This document shows, piece after piece, positions 1 through 9,599 of a stretch of 51,101 nucleotides of DNA. Numbering within the stretch: position 1 is the first letter of the stretch; each line of letters starts with the position of its first letter. The DNA lies in contig JAJZQS010000002.1 in assembly GCA_021806745.1 (NCBI GenBank), positions 1 through 51,101 of the forward strand. Direction: 5' to 3'. This DNA is from a bacterium. Lineage in GTDB: Bacteria; Elusimicrobiota; Elusimicrobia; UBA1565; UBA9628. Position numbers and translations under genes: made by a program. A model generated the notes under the pieces. It was not told the DNA's origin, did not search any database, and was given only the letters and a program-made list of their open reading frames with translations.

Positions 1-446
1 TTGTAGACGCCCTCTCTGCAGACCATCCGGTCGTGGGTCTTCTCGACTCCGTCAAGATGGATCGAGAAAATCAGATACGGGCTGGGCTTGAAGCGGTGCA
101 GGTTCTTTTCCAGCAGCAGCGCGTTGGAGCACAGATAGACCACCTTCTTGCGCGCGATCATTCCCTCGACGATCTTGTCGATCTCGGAATGGACCAGCGG
201 CTCGCCGCCGGCGATGGAGACCACGGGCGCCCCGCACTCCTCCACGGAGTCGAAGCACTCCTGCGGCGTCAGGCGCTTGCGCAGGATGTCGGTGGGATAC
301 TGGATCTTGCCGCAGCCCGCGCATTCCAGGTTGCAGGCGAACAGAGGTTCCAGCATCATCACCAACGGATACTTCTGCACGCCCTTGATCTTGCGAGAGA
401 CCAGGTACTTGAACACCGCCATCTGCGCCTGCATCGACATCCCCAT
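1..446 (-). CDS. hpnH: Hopanoid side-chain radical SAM enzyme HpnH (adenosylhopane synthase), first ~148 codons; gene runs off the left edge
   Basis: Not in the ORF track (no stop inside the window). Manual reverse translation from ATG 446 gives [51 protein letters not shown]... It carries the CX3CX2C radical-SAM motif [14 protein letters not shown] Shine-Dalgarno lies ~7 nt upstream. The gene starts 24 nt downstream of shc on the same strand. Confidence 0.8.
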   Translation of the reverse strand, partial: MGMSMQAQMAVFKYLVSRKIKGVQKYPLVMMLEPLFACNLECAGCGKIQYPTDILRKRLTPQECFDSVEECGAPVVSIAGGEPLVHSEIDKIVEGMIARKKVVYLCSNALLLEKNLHRFKPSPYLIFSIHLDGVEKTHDRMVCREGVY

Positions 447-470
447 GACTTTCTCCTTGCGAAAAGGCCC

Positions 471-2498
471 CTACGCGCCCGCCCGCCCGTCGGACAGCGC
501 CCGACGGTAGCTTCCCAGCGCGTGAAGGGGGAAGTAGTTGCGATACATCGTGTATTCGAGGTAATAGACCTTCGGAAAACCGGTGCCCGTGAACTCGCTC
601 TCGTCCCAGGTGCCGTCGGCCTTTTGACGCGAGACCAGCCACGCCACGCCGCGGCGCACCGAGTCGTCGAACACCCCCGCGGCCATCAATCCCATCACCG
701 CCCATGCCGTCTGCGACGGCGTCGCCGGCCCGCGGCCCTTGACCGAGGGATCGTCGTAGGTCGCGCAGGTTTCGCCCCAGCCCCCGTCGGCCTGCTGGAC
801 CGACTTGAGCCACGCGACCGCGCGCTGGATGTAGGGCTTGCGCATGTCCTCGCCCACCGCCGCAAGCCCGCGCAGCGCCTGCCAGGTGCCGTAGATGTAG
901 TTGACGCCCCAGCGTCCATACCAGGAGCCGTCGGCCTCCTGTTCGTCGCGCAGGAAGCGCAGAGCCCGCGAGACCGGCGCGTAGGACGCGTCGTAGCCAA
1001 CGTAGCCCAAAAGCTCCAGCACGCGCGCGGTGATGTCGGAGGTGGGTGGATCGATCATCGCGTTGTGGTCGGCGAACGGGATCTTGGTCAAGACCACCTT
1101 CGTGTTTTCCTTGTCGAAGGCCGCCCAGCCGCCGCTGGATGACTGCATCGACAAAAGCCAGTTCAGGCCGCGCAGAAACGCCTGCTCGCGGATGCGCGAG
1201 TTCGCGTCTTCCAGGTGGACGTGGCGCAGCGCCAGCAGGACCATCGCCGTGTCGTCGACGTCGGGATAGAAGGCGTTGTTGAACTGAAAATGCCAGCCGC
1301 CCGTGGGGCCCTTGGGGTTGGTCACGGCCCAATCGCCGCGGCTTTTGATCTCCTTGGAAATCACCCACTGGCAGGCCTGCGTCAACGCCGGATGCGCGCG
1401 GTCCAAGCCCGACTCGGCCAGGGCGATCATCGTGATCGCCGTGTCCCAGACGGGCGAGCGGCAGGGCTGGTAGCGCGTGGAGTCCGAGCCCGGATGCTCC
1501 AGACGGTCGAGTTCCTGGAGAAGCGAGACCAACCGGGCGTCGGTGTCGGGATAGCCCAGGCACTTCATCGCCATGATCGCGTTGACGATGGGCGGATAGA
1601 TGGCGCCGGGACCGTCGGAGTCCTGGAGGTGTTCGAGAATCCAGTCCTCGGCCAGGCGCAGGGCCCAGACGCGCAGCCAATGCCCGCCGCGGCCCTCCAT
1701 CCCCTTGAGAAAGGAGTCCCAGGCCAGGAAGAAGGTCGTCCAGGACAACAATCGGTGCGGCCCCACGGCTTCCGAGAGCGGAACGTGACGGCGCGTGTCG
1801 GGAAACAGCTCGTCGAGGGTCGCGTGCGGCGGACAGGGCACCGCCGGCTGGAAAGCCCACACGATCGACAGCGGCACCACGATGGGCCTGGTCCACGCCG
1901 ACATCTCGTAGAGGTTGAAGTAGAACCACTTCGGGAACAGCATGATCTCCGGCGGGATCGACGGCACGCCGCGCCAGTCGTATTGGCCGAAGAGCGCCAG
2001 GTAGAACTTGGTGTAGGTGTTGACCTTGTGGATGCCGCCCAGCGCCTTGATGCGCCTGCGCGCGGCCTCCAGGCACGGCTCGTGCGGCGCGTGGCCGGCG
2101 AACTTCAGCGCCCAGTAGGCCTTGACCGTGGCCGAAACCTCGGAAGGACCGTTGTCGTAGATAGGCCAGCCGCCGTCGGGATTCTGCTTGTTGAGCAGAT
2201 GGTTGGCGATGCGCCGGACCTTGATCGAACTTCCCCGTCCCAGGAAGTTCAGCAGCATGATCGTGTCGGAATCGATCGTGGTGTCGCCGAACAGCGGCGC
2301 GCACCAGTAGCCGTCCTCGGGATTTTGCAGGCGCAGGATCGCCTCTTGGGAGCGCCGCACGGCCTCGTTGAGCTCGGCCGGGGCCTGCGCCGCCTCGGCA
2401 GCGGACTCGGAGGACGGGCGGGCGTTCTCGGCCCAATTGTCCGGCTTGCGGTAGCGGCGCGACTGAGGCATCCAGCCCGACACCAGATTCTTCAGCAT
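471..2498 (-). CDS. shc: Squalene-hopene cyclase
   Basis: 675-aa ORF. Catalytic DXDD motif is present (YPDVDDTAMVLLAL). Repeated QW motifs include QNPDGGWPIY, QSSSGGWAAF, EQEADGSWYGRWG, QQADGGWGE and QKADGTWDE. Confidence 0.95.
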   Translation of the reverse strand: MLKNLVSGWMPQSRRYRKPDNWAENARPSSESAAEAAQAPAELNEAVRRSQEAILRLQNPEDGYWCAPLFGDTTIDSDTIMLLNFLGRGSSIKVRRIANHLLNKQNPDGGWPIYDNGPSEVSATVKAYWALKFAGHAPHEPCLEAARRRIKALGGIHKVNTYTKFYLALFGQYDWRGVPSIPPEIMLFPKWFYFNLYEMSAWTRPIVVPLSIVWAFQPAVPCPPHATLDELFPDTRRHVPLSEAVGPHRLLSWTTFFLAWDSFLKGMEGRGGHWLRVWALRLAEDWILEHLQDSDGPGAIYPPIVNAIMAMKCLGYPDTDARLVSLLQELDRLEHPGSDSTRYQPCRSPVWDTAITMIALAESGLDRAHPALTQACQWVISKEIKSRGDWAVTNPKGPTGGWHFQFNNAFYPDVDDTAMVLLALRHVHLEDANSRIREQAFLRGLNWLLSMQSSSGGWAAFDKENTKVVLTKIPFADHNAMIDPPTSDITARVLELLGYVGYDASYAPVSRALRFLRDEQEADGSWYGRWGVNYIYGTWQALRGLAAVGEDMRKPYIQRAVAWLKSVQQADGGWGETCATYDDPSVKGRGPATPSQTAWAVMGLMAAGVFDDSVRRGVAWLVSRQKADGTWDESEFTGTGFPKVYYLEYTMYRNYFPLHALGSYRRALSDGRAGA

Positions 2499-2504
2499 CG
2501 GGAG

Positions 2505-2513
2505 ATTATAACA
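2505..2513 (-). promoter_or_regulatory. Extended -10 box TGTTATAAT for shc, positioned for a leaderless transcript
   Basis: The minus strand reads TGTTATAAT-ctcccg-ATG. The hexamer ends 6 nt before the shc ATG (2498). There is no Shine-Dalgarno in between. Confidence 0.5.
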
Positions 2514-2562
2514 CGGGCCGCCCGGCGTCCGGCCCCCGCGGCGGCGCGCGCTTTGGTCCAGT

Positions 2563-2584
2563 GGGCCCAGGAAAACCTGGGCCC
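2563..2584. other. Perfect 9-bp stem / 4-nt loop hairpin in the shc-phosphatase divergent intergenic region
   Basis: GGGCCCAGG-AAAA-CCTGGGCCC read directly from the sequence. No U-run follows on either strand. Confidence 0.6.
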
Positions 2585-2638
2585 ATCGCCCGCCCGCAGC
2601 CGGCCAAATCCCGTCCCTCTTCGCCCGGACAATCGATT

Positions 2639-3286
2639 ATGATAGCCGCCATGCTCCCCGCATTGATTCTTCTCGCGCTGTCCGGCGCCTCTCTGAACGC
2701 CCAGCCCGCCGCCGACCTGAGCGGCGCTTATGACTCCGCGTCCCGCGCCGTGCGGATCTCGTTTATCGGACGGATCGACGCCTGGCCCTACCCCGATGAA
2801 AAGACCGCGGAAAAAATCGTCGACGCCTACGCCGCGCCGCGCCGCTTCCATGCCGTCGCCCCCGGACTCTACCGCTCCGGCCAGCCGTCGCGAAAAAATC
2901 TGGCCTGGCTGGCCGATCACGGGATCAAATCCATCCTGGATTTGCGCGACCCCTTCACCGCGACGCTTGAGCGCGTCGAGGGCGCCCTCGACGGCATCGC
3001 GGTCCACAGCGTTCCCATGAGCGGCCTCTGGCAGCCTTCCTTCAAGGAAATCGACCGGGCCATGGCGGTCTTGACCGATCCCGCGACGCCAAGGCCCATT
3101 CTGGTGCATTGCCTCAACGGCCAGGACCGCACCGGAGTGGTCATCGCGGCCTACCGCGTGGTCGCGCAAGGGCAGTCCCCGGAGCGCGCCGCGGCCGAGG
3201 CGAAATCGTTCGGCTGCTGCCATCTGGTGACCTTCGACCTGGTAAGGCTGCTCAAGCGCTACCGCCGGCACGCCCTCGGTCGCTAA
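2639..3286 (+). CDS. Secreted protein-tyrosine / dual-specificity phosphatase family protein
   Basis: CX5R P-loop VHCLNGQDRTG. Signal-like N-terminus MIAAMLPALILLALSGASLNA. Start moved to ATG 2639 (residue 27 of tracked ORF 2561..3286). Confidence 0.75.
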   Translation: MIAAMLPALILLALSGASLNAQPAADLSGAYDSASRAVRISFIGRIDAWPYPDEKTAEKIVDAYAAPRRFHAVAPGLYRSGQPSRKNLAWLADHGIKSILDLRDPFTATLERVEGALDGIAVHSVPMSGLWQPSFKEIDRAMAVLTDPATPRPILVHCLNGQDRTGVVIAAYRVVAQGQSPERAAAEAKSFGCCHLVTFDLVRLLKRYRRHALGR

Positions 3287-4146
3287 GCCGCGGGCTTGCC
3301 GACCAGCGCCGAACGGATCATCGCGCCCGCGGTGTAGAGCACGACCGCGGTCACCAACCACCTCACCGCGGTCAACGGCAGGGATTTGACCACATAGGCG
3401 GCCAGCAGAACGGCCGGCGCTCCGCCCAAAGTCAGGCCGAGCGCGGGCCCCGGGGCGTAGCGCCCGCGGCGCACGAAGCGCGCGGAGGCCGCGGGCATCA
3501 GGAACGCGCACGAACCCATCATGATGGGGAAAGCCGTGGTCGGGTTCATTCCCAGCAAACTCGTCAAGATCATGCACGGCGCGTAGGCGCCGATGCCCAG
3601 CGTCATCAGCGCGCCGAAGACGAAGTTGAACGCCAGGCCCACGGCCAGCCGCGCGCCGGACAGCCCCAGAGCGTCGCCGCCCGCCGGGAAAAGCCCCAGG
3701 TTCTTCATCAGGAAAAATCCCGCCGCGACGATCAGCGCCGCTCCCATGCCCAACTGGATGCGACGGCGCGGCAAGCAGCTGACGAAGTCCGCGCCAAGCC
3801 ACGCCCCGGCCACCGACGCCGCGATCATCAAGACGAGCGTGCGCCCGTCGACGGCCACGATGGCCACGAAGATGAAGGCCTCGACGAAGGTCGGAATCGC
3901 GTGGCCCACGTTGAGCGTTCCGGGTATGTCCTCGTCGGCGACCAAACCCAAGAGCTTGAACAAGGCGGTGGTGACGGCAAACGAGCCGATGCCGAGCGTG
4001 TCGAGAAAATCAGTCAGAAACCCCACGCCGAGCTCCGCCGCGGTCGGCCGTCGCGCGCGCGCGGCGCGCAGGCTCCACGCCCACAGCGCGGCGAAGACCG
4101 CCGACAGCAGGCCCAGCGCCGCAAGCAGCGCGGCTCGCGCGGTCAT
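3283..4146 (-). CDS. TauE/SafE (DUF81) family anion-exporter-like membrane protein
   Basis: Polytopic Gly/Ala-rich membrane ORF. Start taken at MTARAALL (residue 49 of ORF 3283..4290), 2 nt after the stop of the upstream permease. Its stop overlaps the phosphatase stop (CTAA). Confidence 0.6.
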   Translation of the reverse strand: MTARAALLAALGLLSAVFAALWAWSLRAARARRPTAAELGVGFLTDFLDTLGIGSFAVTTALFKLLGLVADEDIPGTLNVGHAIPTFVEAFIFVAIVAVDGRTLVLMIAASVAGAWLGADFVSCLPRRRIQLGMGAALIVAAGFFLMKNLGLFPAGGDALGLSGARLAVGLAFNFVFGALMTLGIGAYAPCMILTSLLGMNPTTAFPIMMGSCAFLMPAASARFVRRGRYAPGPALGLTLGGAPAVLLAAYVVKSLPLTAVRWLVTAVVLYTAGAMIRSALVGKPAA

Positions 4147-4148
4147 CG

Positions 4149-5648
4149 TTAGCCGCGCGCGGCCGCGCGCCGCCGCGCGAGCACGCTGTGGCGGCGCCCA
4201 TAGGTGAAGTAGATGACCAGGCCCACCGCCAGCCACACGATCAGCCGCCACCAATTCTCCGCGGGAAGCGAAAACATCAGGAGAAGGCAAGACGCGATGC
4301 CGAGAAAAGGCACCAGCGGCACCATCGGGCAGCGAAACGGCCGGTCCGCGTCGGGGTTGGTTCGGCGCATCACCGGCACCGCCGCGCAGACGATGACGAA
4401 GGCCAGCAGAGTGCCGATGTTGACGAGCTCGGCCAATATGCGCAGCGGCACCAGCGCCGCCATCGACGCCACGACGATCCCGGTCAGGATCGTGGACTTA
4501 TACGGCGTGCGGTAGCGCGGATGGATCGCCGCGAAGAATTTCGGCGGCAGAAGCCCGTCGCGGGCCATGGCCAAAAACACGCGCGGCTGGCTGAGCATCA
4601 TGACCAGAAGCACCGAAGTGATGCCCGCGATGGCGCCAAGCGAAATCAGCAACTGCGCCCAAGGCAGGCCGACCTGGCGGAAGGCGTCGGACACCGGCGA
4701 GTCGATGTTGAGGTGGTTGTAGGGCACCATCCCGGTCAGCACCGCGGTGACCAATATATAAAGGACGGTGCAGATGATCAGAGAGGCGATGATGCCCACT
4801 GGCATGTCCTTTTGGGGATTGATCGCCTCCTCGGCCTGCGTCGAGATCGAGTCGAAGCCGATGTAGGCGAAGAAAATCATCGCCGCACCCGCGAACACGC
4901 CCAAGGGCTCGCCGTTGGGGCCGGTCTGGCCCATCAGCGTGTGGCCGAAGAAGCTCACGCCGGTGTAGCCGAACGGAGCGAACGGATGCCAGTTCGCGGG
5001 CTTGACGTAGAACGCGCCCACCGCGATGACGAACAGCACGATCGAGACCTTGACGGCCACCATCGCGTTGTTGAAATTCGCGCTCTCCTTGACGCCGATC
5101 ACGAGTATGGAGGCGATCAACGCGGTGACGGCGATGGCGGGGAAATCGAACCAAGTCCCGGTCAGCGCCAAGTGGCCGGCGGAGTTGAAGTCGAACGGCG
5201 CGTTGGTCAAGATCGCCGGCAGATGCACGCCGAAGACGCTCAGGAAATCCTGGAAGTAGTGCGACCAGCCGTGCGCGACCGCCGAGGACGCCACCGTGTA
5301 TTCCAGGATCAGGTCCCAGCCGATGATCCAGGCGAAGAGTTCGCCGAGCGTGGCGTAAGCGTAGGTGTAGGCCGAGCCCGCGATGGGCACCATCGAGGCG
5401 AACTCCGCGTAGCAGAGCGCCGCGAAGATGCACGCGACTCCCGCCACCGCGAAAGACAGCGTCAGCGCCGGCCCCGCCTTGTCATGCGCGGCCACGCCGG
5501 TCAGCACGAAGATGCCGGTGCCGATGATGGCGCCAACGCCCAGGCTGGTCAAGTGCCAGCGTCCGAGCACGCGGTGGAGGCGGTCGCCGCTTCTCATTTC
5601 CTCAAGAAGAAGCGACAGCGGCTTGGTCTCGAACAGATGCTTTCTCAT
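4149..5648 (-). CDS. APC-superfamily amino-acid permease (cationic amino-acid-transporter-like)
   Basis: 499 aa with many TM helices. N-terminal signature SLGVGAIIGTGIFVLTG. GGAGG lies 10 nt upstream of the ATG. An extended -10-like TGGTAAGAT lies further upstream (5688..5696, minus strand). Confidence 0.85.
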   Translation of the reverse strand: MRKHLFETKPLSLLLEEMRSGDRLHRVLGRWHLTSLGVGAIIGTGIFVLTGVAAHDKAGPALTLSFAVAGVACIFAALCYAEFASMVPIAGSAYTYAYATLGELFAWIIGWDLILEYTVASSAVAHGWSHYFQDFLSVFGVHLPAILTNAPFDFNSAGHLALTGTWFDFPAIAVTALIASILVIGVKESANFNNAMVAVKVSIVLFVIAVGAFYVKPANWHPFAPFGYTGVSFFGHTLMGQTGPNGEPLGVFAGAAMIFFAYIGFDSISTQAEEAINPQKDMPVGIIASLIICTVLYILVTAVLTGMVPYNHLNIDSPVSDAFRQVGLPWAQLLISLGAIAGITSVLLVMMLSQPRVFLAMARDGLLPPKFFAAIHPRYRTPYKSTILTGIVVASMAALVPLRILAELVNIGTLLAFVIVCAAVPVMRRTNPDADRPFRCPMVPLVPFLGIASCLLLMFSLPAENWWRLIVWLAVGLVIYFTYGRRHSVLARRRAAARG

Positions 5649-5762
5649 CGTCGCTCGGCCTCCACAGATTCCGGTAACAAGTCCCGAATCTTACCATGTC
5701 TGCCGACGACTTCTGAACATGGCGAGCGCATCGATCGTCTGGTTTCTCGCCGCACAATGAGG

Positions 5763-5768
5763 CATAAT
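5763..5768 (+). promoter_or_regulatory. -10-like CATAAT 6 nt upstream of the binding-protein ATG (leaderless configuration)
   Basis: Sequence reads ggCATAATcgcgagATG, with no SD. Confidence 0.4.
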
Positions 5769-5774
5769 CGCGAG

Positions 5775-6935
5775 ATGAGGGCGCGAACGCTCGCCGCGGC
5801 CGGCGCGTGGATTCTGGCCGCGGCGCTGTCCGCCTGCGGACCGAGGGATCATTCCGTCATCATCGCGGTGGCCGCGCCCTTGACCGGCGACACAGGCGCG
5901 GAGGGACAGGGCATCAAGCGCGCGGTGATCATGGCCGTCGAGGAGGCCAACGCCTCCCACCGATTCCCCTATCACATCGAGGCCAAGCCCTTCGACGACC
6001 GCGCCGACCCCAAGGAAGCGGTCAACGTCGCCAACTTGATCATCTCCGACCCGCGCATCGTGGCGGTGGTGGGGCACTACACCTCGGGCTGCTCCATTCC
6101 CGCCGCCAAGGTCTACGCGCGCGCGCCCATCGCGATGATCTCGCCGGGCGCGACCACGCCCGAGGTCACGCTCCAACAGACCTCGCCGGATTGGATCGGC
6201 CCGCGCGTCGTGTTTCGCGACGTGGCCACCGACGACGTGCAGGGCGCGGCCGCGGCGCGCTTCGTCTACTCCCGCCTGGGCCTGCGCCGGATGGCCCTCG
6301 TGCACGACAAGACGCCCTATGGACAGGGAATCGCCGAGCAGTTCCAAAAGACCTTCCAAGAACTCGGCGGCACGGTCACCAGCTTCGACGGCATCTCCAT
6401 CGGCGACCGGGACTTCAAGGCCCTGCTGACCAAGATCAAGGACGACTCGTCGCGCCCGCAAGGCATCTACTTCGGCGGCCTCTACACCGAGGCCGGGCTC
6501 ATCCTCGTGCAGATGCGCGAACTCGGCATGAAAAAGAATCTCGCGTTCGTCTCCGACGACGGCGCGCAGTCGCCGGTGCTCTACGAGATCGCCGGCGACG
6601 CCGCCGACGGCGCCTACCTGACCACGATCGGCGTGCCCGTCGAGCAACTGCCCAGCGCGCGGGATTTCCTCGCTCGCTATAAAAAACGCTGGACCGGCGC
6701 TTCCGAAGACATCAAGCCCTTCGACCACTTCGGCTACGAGGCCGCCAACATCGTGCTCGACGCCCTGGCCAAGTCCGGACCCGACCGCGAGAAGCTGCTG
6801 GCCGTGCTGCCCACGATCCGCCACAAGGGCATCCTCGGCGAGACCGTCTTCGACGACAAGGGCGACACGCTCAACAAGATCGTGACCATGACGCGCGCGC
6901 ACGCCAAGGACCGCTCTTTTCCCACGGTGAAATAG
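5775..6935 (+). CDS. Branched-chain amino-acid ABC transporter substrate-binding lipoprotein (LivJ/LivK family)
   Basis: Last 386 aa of tracked ORF 4188..6935. Signal MRARTLAAAGAWILAAALSAC carries the lipobox LSAC. Periplasmic binding protein type-1 features are present. It heads livHMGF. Alternative ATG at 5757. Confidence 0.85.
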   Translation: MRARTLAAAGAWILAAALSACGPRDHSVIIAVAAPLTGDTGAEGQGIKRAVIMAVEEANASHRFPYHIEAKPFDDRADPKEAVNVANLIISDPRIVAVVGHYTSGCSIPAAKVYARAPIAMISPGATTPEVTLQQTSPDWIGPRVVFRDVATDDVQGAAAARFVYSRLGLRRMALVHDKTPYGQGIAEQFQKTFQELGGTVTSFDGISIGDRDFKALLTKIKDDSSRPQGIYFGGLYTEAGLILVQMRELGMKKNLAFVSDDGAQSPVLYEIAGDAADGAYLTTIGVPVEQLPSARDFLARYKKRWTGASEDIKPFDHFGYEAANIVLDALAKSGPDREKLLAVLPTIRHKGILGETVFDDKGDTLNKIVTMTRAHAKDRSFPTVK

Positions 6936-6937
6936 CC

Positions 6938-7840
6938 ATGCTCGCCCAGCAGATCGTCAACGGGCTTTCCCTCGGCGCGATCTACGCGCTGATCGCGCTC
7001 GGCTACACTCTGGTCTACGGGATATTGGCGATGATCAATTTCGCCCACTCCGAAGTGCTGATGATGGGCTCCTTCGCGGCGCTTGGCGCCGCGGCCCTGG
7101 CGCCGTCGATGTTCGGCACGGGCGTGCTGGCGCTCGCCGGGCTTTTCGCGGCCAGCATGCTGGCCGCCGGGGCGCTCAACGCGACCATCGAGCGCCTGGC
7201 CTATCGTCCGCTGCGCCGCCATTCGCGGCTGACGCCGCTGATCTCGGCCATCGGCGTGTCGATCATCCTTCAAAACGCGGTCTTTCTGTGGGTCAGCGAC
7301 CAGTCGCTGGCCTTTCCCCAACCGCTGTCGGGCGACGCGTTCACTCTCCCCGGCGGCGCTCAGATCAGCGCGCTGCAGGCGCTGACGCTGGCCGCGGCTC
7401 TGGCGCTGATGGTGCTGCTGCATTTGTTCGTCGAGAAGACCCGCATGGGCCGCGCGATGCGCGCCTGCGCCGACGATCTGGAGGCGGCGGGCCTGATGGG
7501 CGTCGACGCCGACGTGGTGATCGCGGTGACTTTCTTCGTGGGCGGGGCGCTCGGCGGCGCGGCGGGAGTGCTGTATTCGATGAGCTACGGCTCGACCAAG
7601 TACAACCTGGGATTTCTGCCCGGAGCCAAGGCCTTCACCGCCGCGGTGCTCGGCGGCATCGGCAACGTGCGCGGCGCGGTGCTGGGGGGATTCCTGCTGG
7701 GCTTTCTGGAGGTGCTGTCCGCCGGCTACATCCCCAACGGCGCACAGTGGCGCGACGTGATCGCGTTTTCGGTGCTGATTCTCGTCTTGCTCGCGCGCCC
7801 GTCCGGACTTCTCGGCGAGCGCGTGGCGGAGAAGGTGTAG
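6938..7840 (+). CDS. livH: Branched-chain amino-acid ABC transporter permease LivH
   Basis: 300 aa. N-terminus QQIVNGLSLGAIYALIALGYTLVYGILAMINFAHSEV closely matches the LivH pattern. Confidence 0.9.
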   Translation: MLAQQIVNGLSLGAIYALIALGYTLVYGILAMINFAHSEVLMMGSFAALGAAALAPSMFGTGVLALAGLFAASMLAAGALNATIERLAYRPLRRHSRLTPLISAIGVSIILQNAVFLWVSDQSLAFPQPLSGDAFTLPGGAQISALQALTLAAALALMVLLHLFVEKTRMGRAMRACADDLEAAGLMGVDADVVIAVTFFVGGALGGAAGVLYSMSYGSTKYNLGFLPGAKAFTAAVLGGIGNVRGAVLGGFLLGFLEVLSAGYIPNGAQWRDVIAFSVLILVLLARPSGLLGERVAEKV

Positions 7841-7842
7841 CG

Positions 7843-8832
7843 GTGCGCCGCCTGCTCTCGCATCGGCACGCTCCGGCACTGCTTTTTGCCGCCGCACTGA
7901 CCTTGCCCTTCGTCGCGCGCGCCATCGAGTTCTCGTTTCTGACCCGCGTGGGCGGAGTCGTGGGCTTGATGATGCTGCTGTCCTTGGGCTTGAACATGAC
8001 GCTGGGCTATGTGGGACTCTTCGACCTGGGATTCATCGCGTTCTACGCGGTGGGCGCCTACGGCACGGCGATTCTCATGCGCGCGCACGTCCCGGCGCCC
8101 CTGGCCGCGGCGCTGGCCGTGGCCGCCGCGCTGGCGATGCGCGCGCTGCTGGGAGTCACCATCCTGCGCCTGCGCGGCGACTACCTGGCGGTGGTGACGA
8201 TGGGTTTTGGCGAGATCGCGCGGCTGACGCTCAACAACCTCGACGCGTGGACCAACGGTCCCAAGGGCCTGCAGGTGCGGCCGTGGCGGCCGCTGGCGTT
8301 TTTGGGCGCGATCCCGGGCCTCGAGTTCGTGCGCAAGGAGTCCAACGTCCAGTTCTATTTCCTGATCGCCGCGGCGGTGTATCTGGCCGCGGAGGCGTCG
8401 CGGCGCCTGGAAAACTCCCGCGTCGGACGCGCGTGGGTGGCCATCCGCGAAGACGAGACCGCGGCCCAACTCTCCGGCATCCCGGTGGCGCGCTACAAGC
8501 TGCTGGCCTTCACGCTGTCGGCCGCCTTCGCGGGCCTGGCCGGGTCGCTGTTCGCGCTCTGGGACCAGTTCGTCACGCCGGAGTCGTTCGTGTTCTGGGA
8601 GTCGACCCTGCTCGTGGCCATCGTCGTGCTGGGGGGGATGGGCTCGATTTCGGGCGTCTTGCTCGGCGCGCTTCTGCTCGGCGGCATTCCGCTTTTGATG
8701 GAGGCCACGCTGTCGCCGCGGCTCATCGACTACCGCTACCTGTTCTTCGGGCTGATCCTGGTCTTGATGACGCTGTTCCGCCCGCAGGGCCTGCTGCCCT
8801 CGGCGCGGCGCGAAGCGGAGCTCTCGTCGTGA
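7843..8832 (+). CDS. livM: Branched-chain amino-acid ABC transporter permease LivM
   Basis: In-frame GTG at 7843, 2 nt after the livH stop. Motif LGYVGLFDLGFIAFYAVGAYG. The upstream part of tracked ORF 7288..8832 overlaps livH and was rejected. Confidence 0.85.
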   Translation: MRRLLSHRHAPALLFAAALTLPFVARAIEFSFLTRVGGVVGLMMLLSLGLNMTLGYVGLFDLGFIAFYAVGAYGTAILMRAHVPAPLAAALAVAAALAMRALLGVTILRLRGDYLAVVTMGFGEIARLTLNNLDAWTNGPKGLQVRPWRPLAFLGAIPGLEFVRKESNVQFYFLIAAAVYLAAEASRRLENSRVGRAWVAIREDETAAQLSGIPVARYKLLAFTLSAAFAGLAGSLFALWDQFVTPESFVFWESTLLVAIVVLGGMGSISGVLLGALLLGGIPLLMEATLSPRLIDYRYLFFGLILVLMTLFRPQGLLPSARREAELSS

Positions 8833-9599
8833 GCGCGCCGCTGCTGTCGGTGGAGGATCTCTCGCAGCACTTCGGGGGACTGAAGGCCGTGGAGGGCGTG
8901 ACCCTCTCGGTGTCGCGAGGCGAGATCGTCTCGGTCATCGGCCCCAACGGCGCGGGCAAGACGACCTTCTTCAACGTGCTCACCGGCGTCTATCCCGGCA
9001 CGCGCGGCCGGGTGAGCTTCGACGGCGAGCCCATCCGCGGACTCGCGCCGCATGAGATCGTCGCGCGCGGCGTGTCGCGGACTTTCCAGAACATCCGGCT
9101 TTTCGCCGACATGAGCGCGGCCGAGAACGTCATGGTCGGCCGCCACGCGCGCACGCGCCAACTCCTGCTCGGGCCTTTGCTGCGCACGAAAGCCTTCCTC
9201 GAAGAGGAGAAGGCCGTTGAAGCGCGCGCGGTGGAACTGCTCGATTTCGTGGGGCTGAGGTCGCTGGGCAACGAGCGGGCGCGCAACCTTCCCTACGGCG
9301 CCCAGCGGCGCTTGGAGATCGCCCGCGCGCTGGCCGCCGAGCCCAAGCTTTTGATCCTCGACGAGCCCACCGCCGGCATGAATCCCGTCGAGAGCGCCGA
9401 ACTCGTGTCCTTGGTGCGCCGGGTGCGCGAGCGCGGCGTGACCGTGCTGCTCATCGAGCACCAGATGCGCGTGGTGCTCGACGTCTCCGACCGCGTGGCC
9501 GTCTTCGACTATGGCGTCAAGATCGCCGAGGGTGCGCCTCGCGCGGTGATGGCCGACCCGCGCGTGATCGAGGCCTACCTCGGCCGGGAGGGGGCGTGA
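8829..9599 (+). CDS. livG: Branched-chain amino-acid ABC transporter ATP-binding protein LivG
   Basis: The GTG start overlaps the livM stop (GTGA). Sequence LLSVEDLSQHFGGLKAVEGVTLSVSRGEIVSVIGPNGAGKTTFFNVLTG includes Walker A. ABC signature region is present. Confidence 0.9.
   Translation: MSAPLLSVEDLSQHFGGLKAVEGVTLSVSRGEIVSVIGPNGAGKTTFFNVLTGVYPGTRGRVSFDGEPIRGLAPHEIVARGVSRTFQNIRLFADMSAAENVMVGRHARTRQLLLGPLLRTKAFLEEEKAVEARAVELLDFVGLRSLGNERARNLPYGAQRRLEIARALAAEPKLLILDEPTAGMNPVESAELVSLVRRVRERGVTVLLIEHQMRVVLDVSDRVAVFDYGVKIAEGAPRAVMADPRVIEAYLGREGA

Noticed and set aside
52-2642. Long ORFs 52..2436(-), 33..1142(+), 1215..2642(+) and smaller ones overlapping shc and hpnH
   Set aside because: Their translations are Arg/Gly/Ala/Pro-rich with no motifs. 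They are alternative-frame or antisense shadows of shc and hpnH, which carry clear family signatures. This is typical of high-GC DNA lacking stop codons.
4188-5774. N-terminal ~529 codons of tracked ORF 4188..6935(+)
   Set aside because: This part is antisense to the APC permease and is Arg/His/Asp-rich nonsense. Only the part from ATG 5775 (lipoprotein signal) matches a binding protein.
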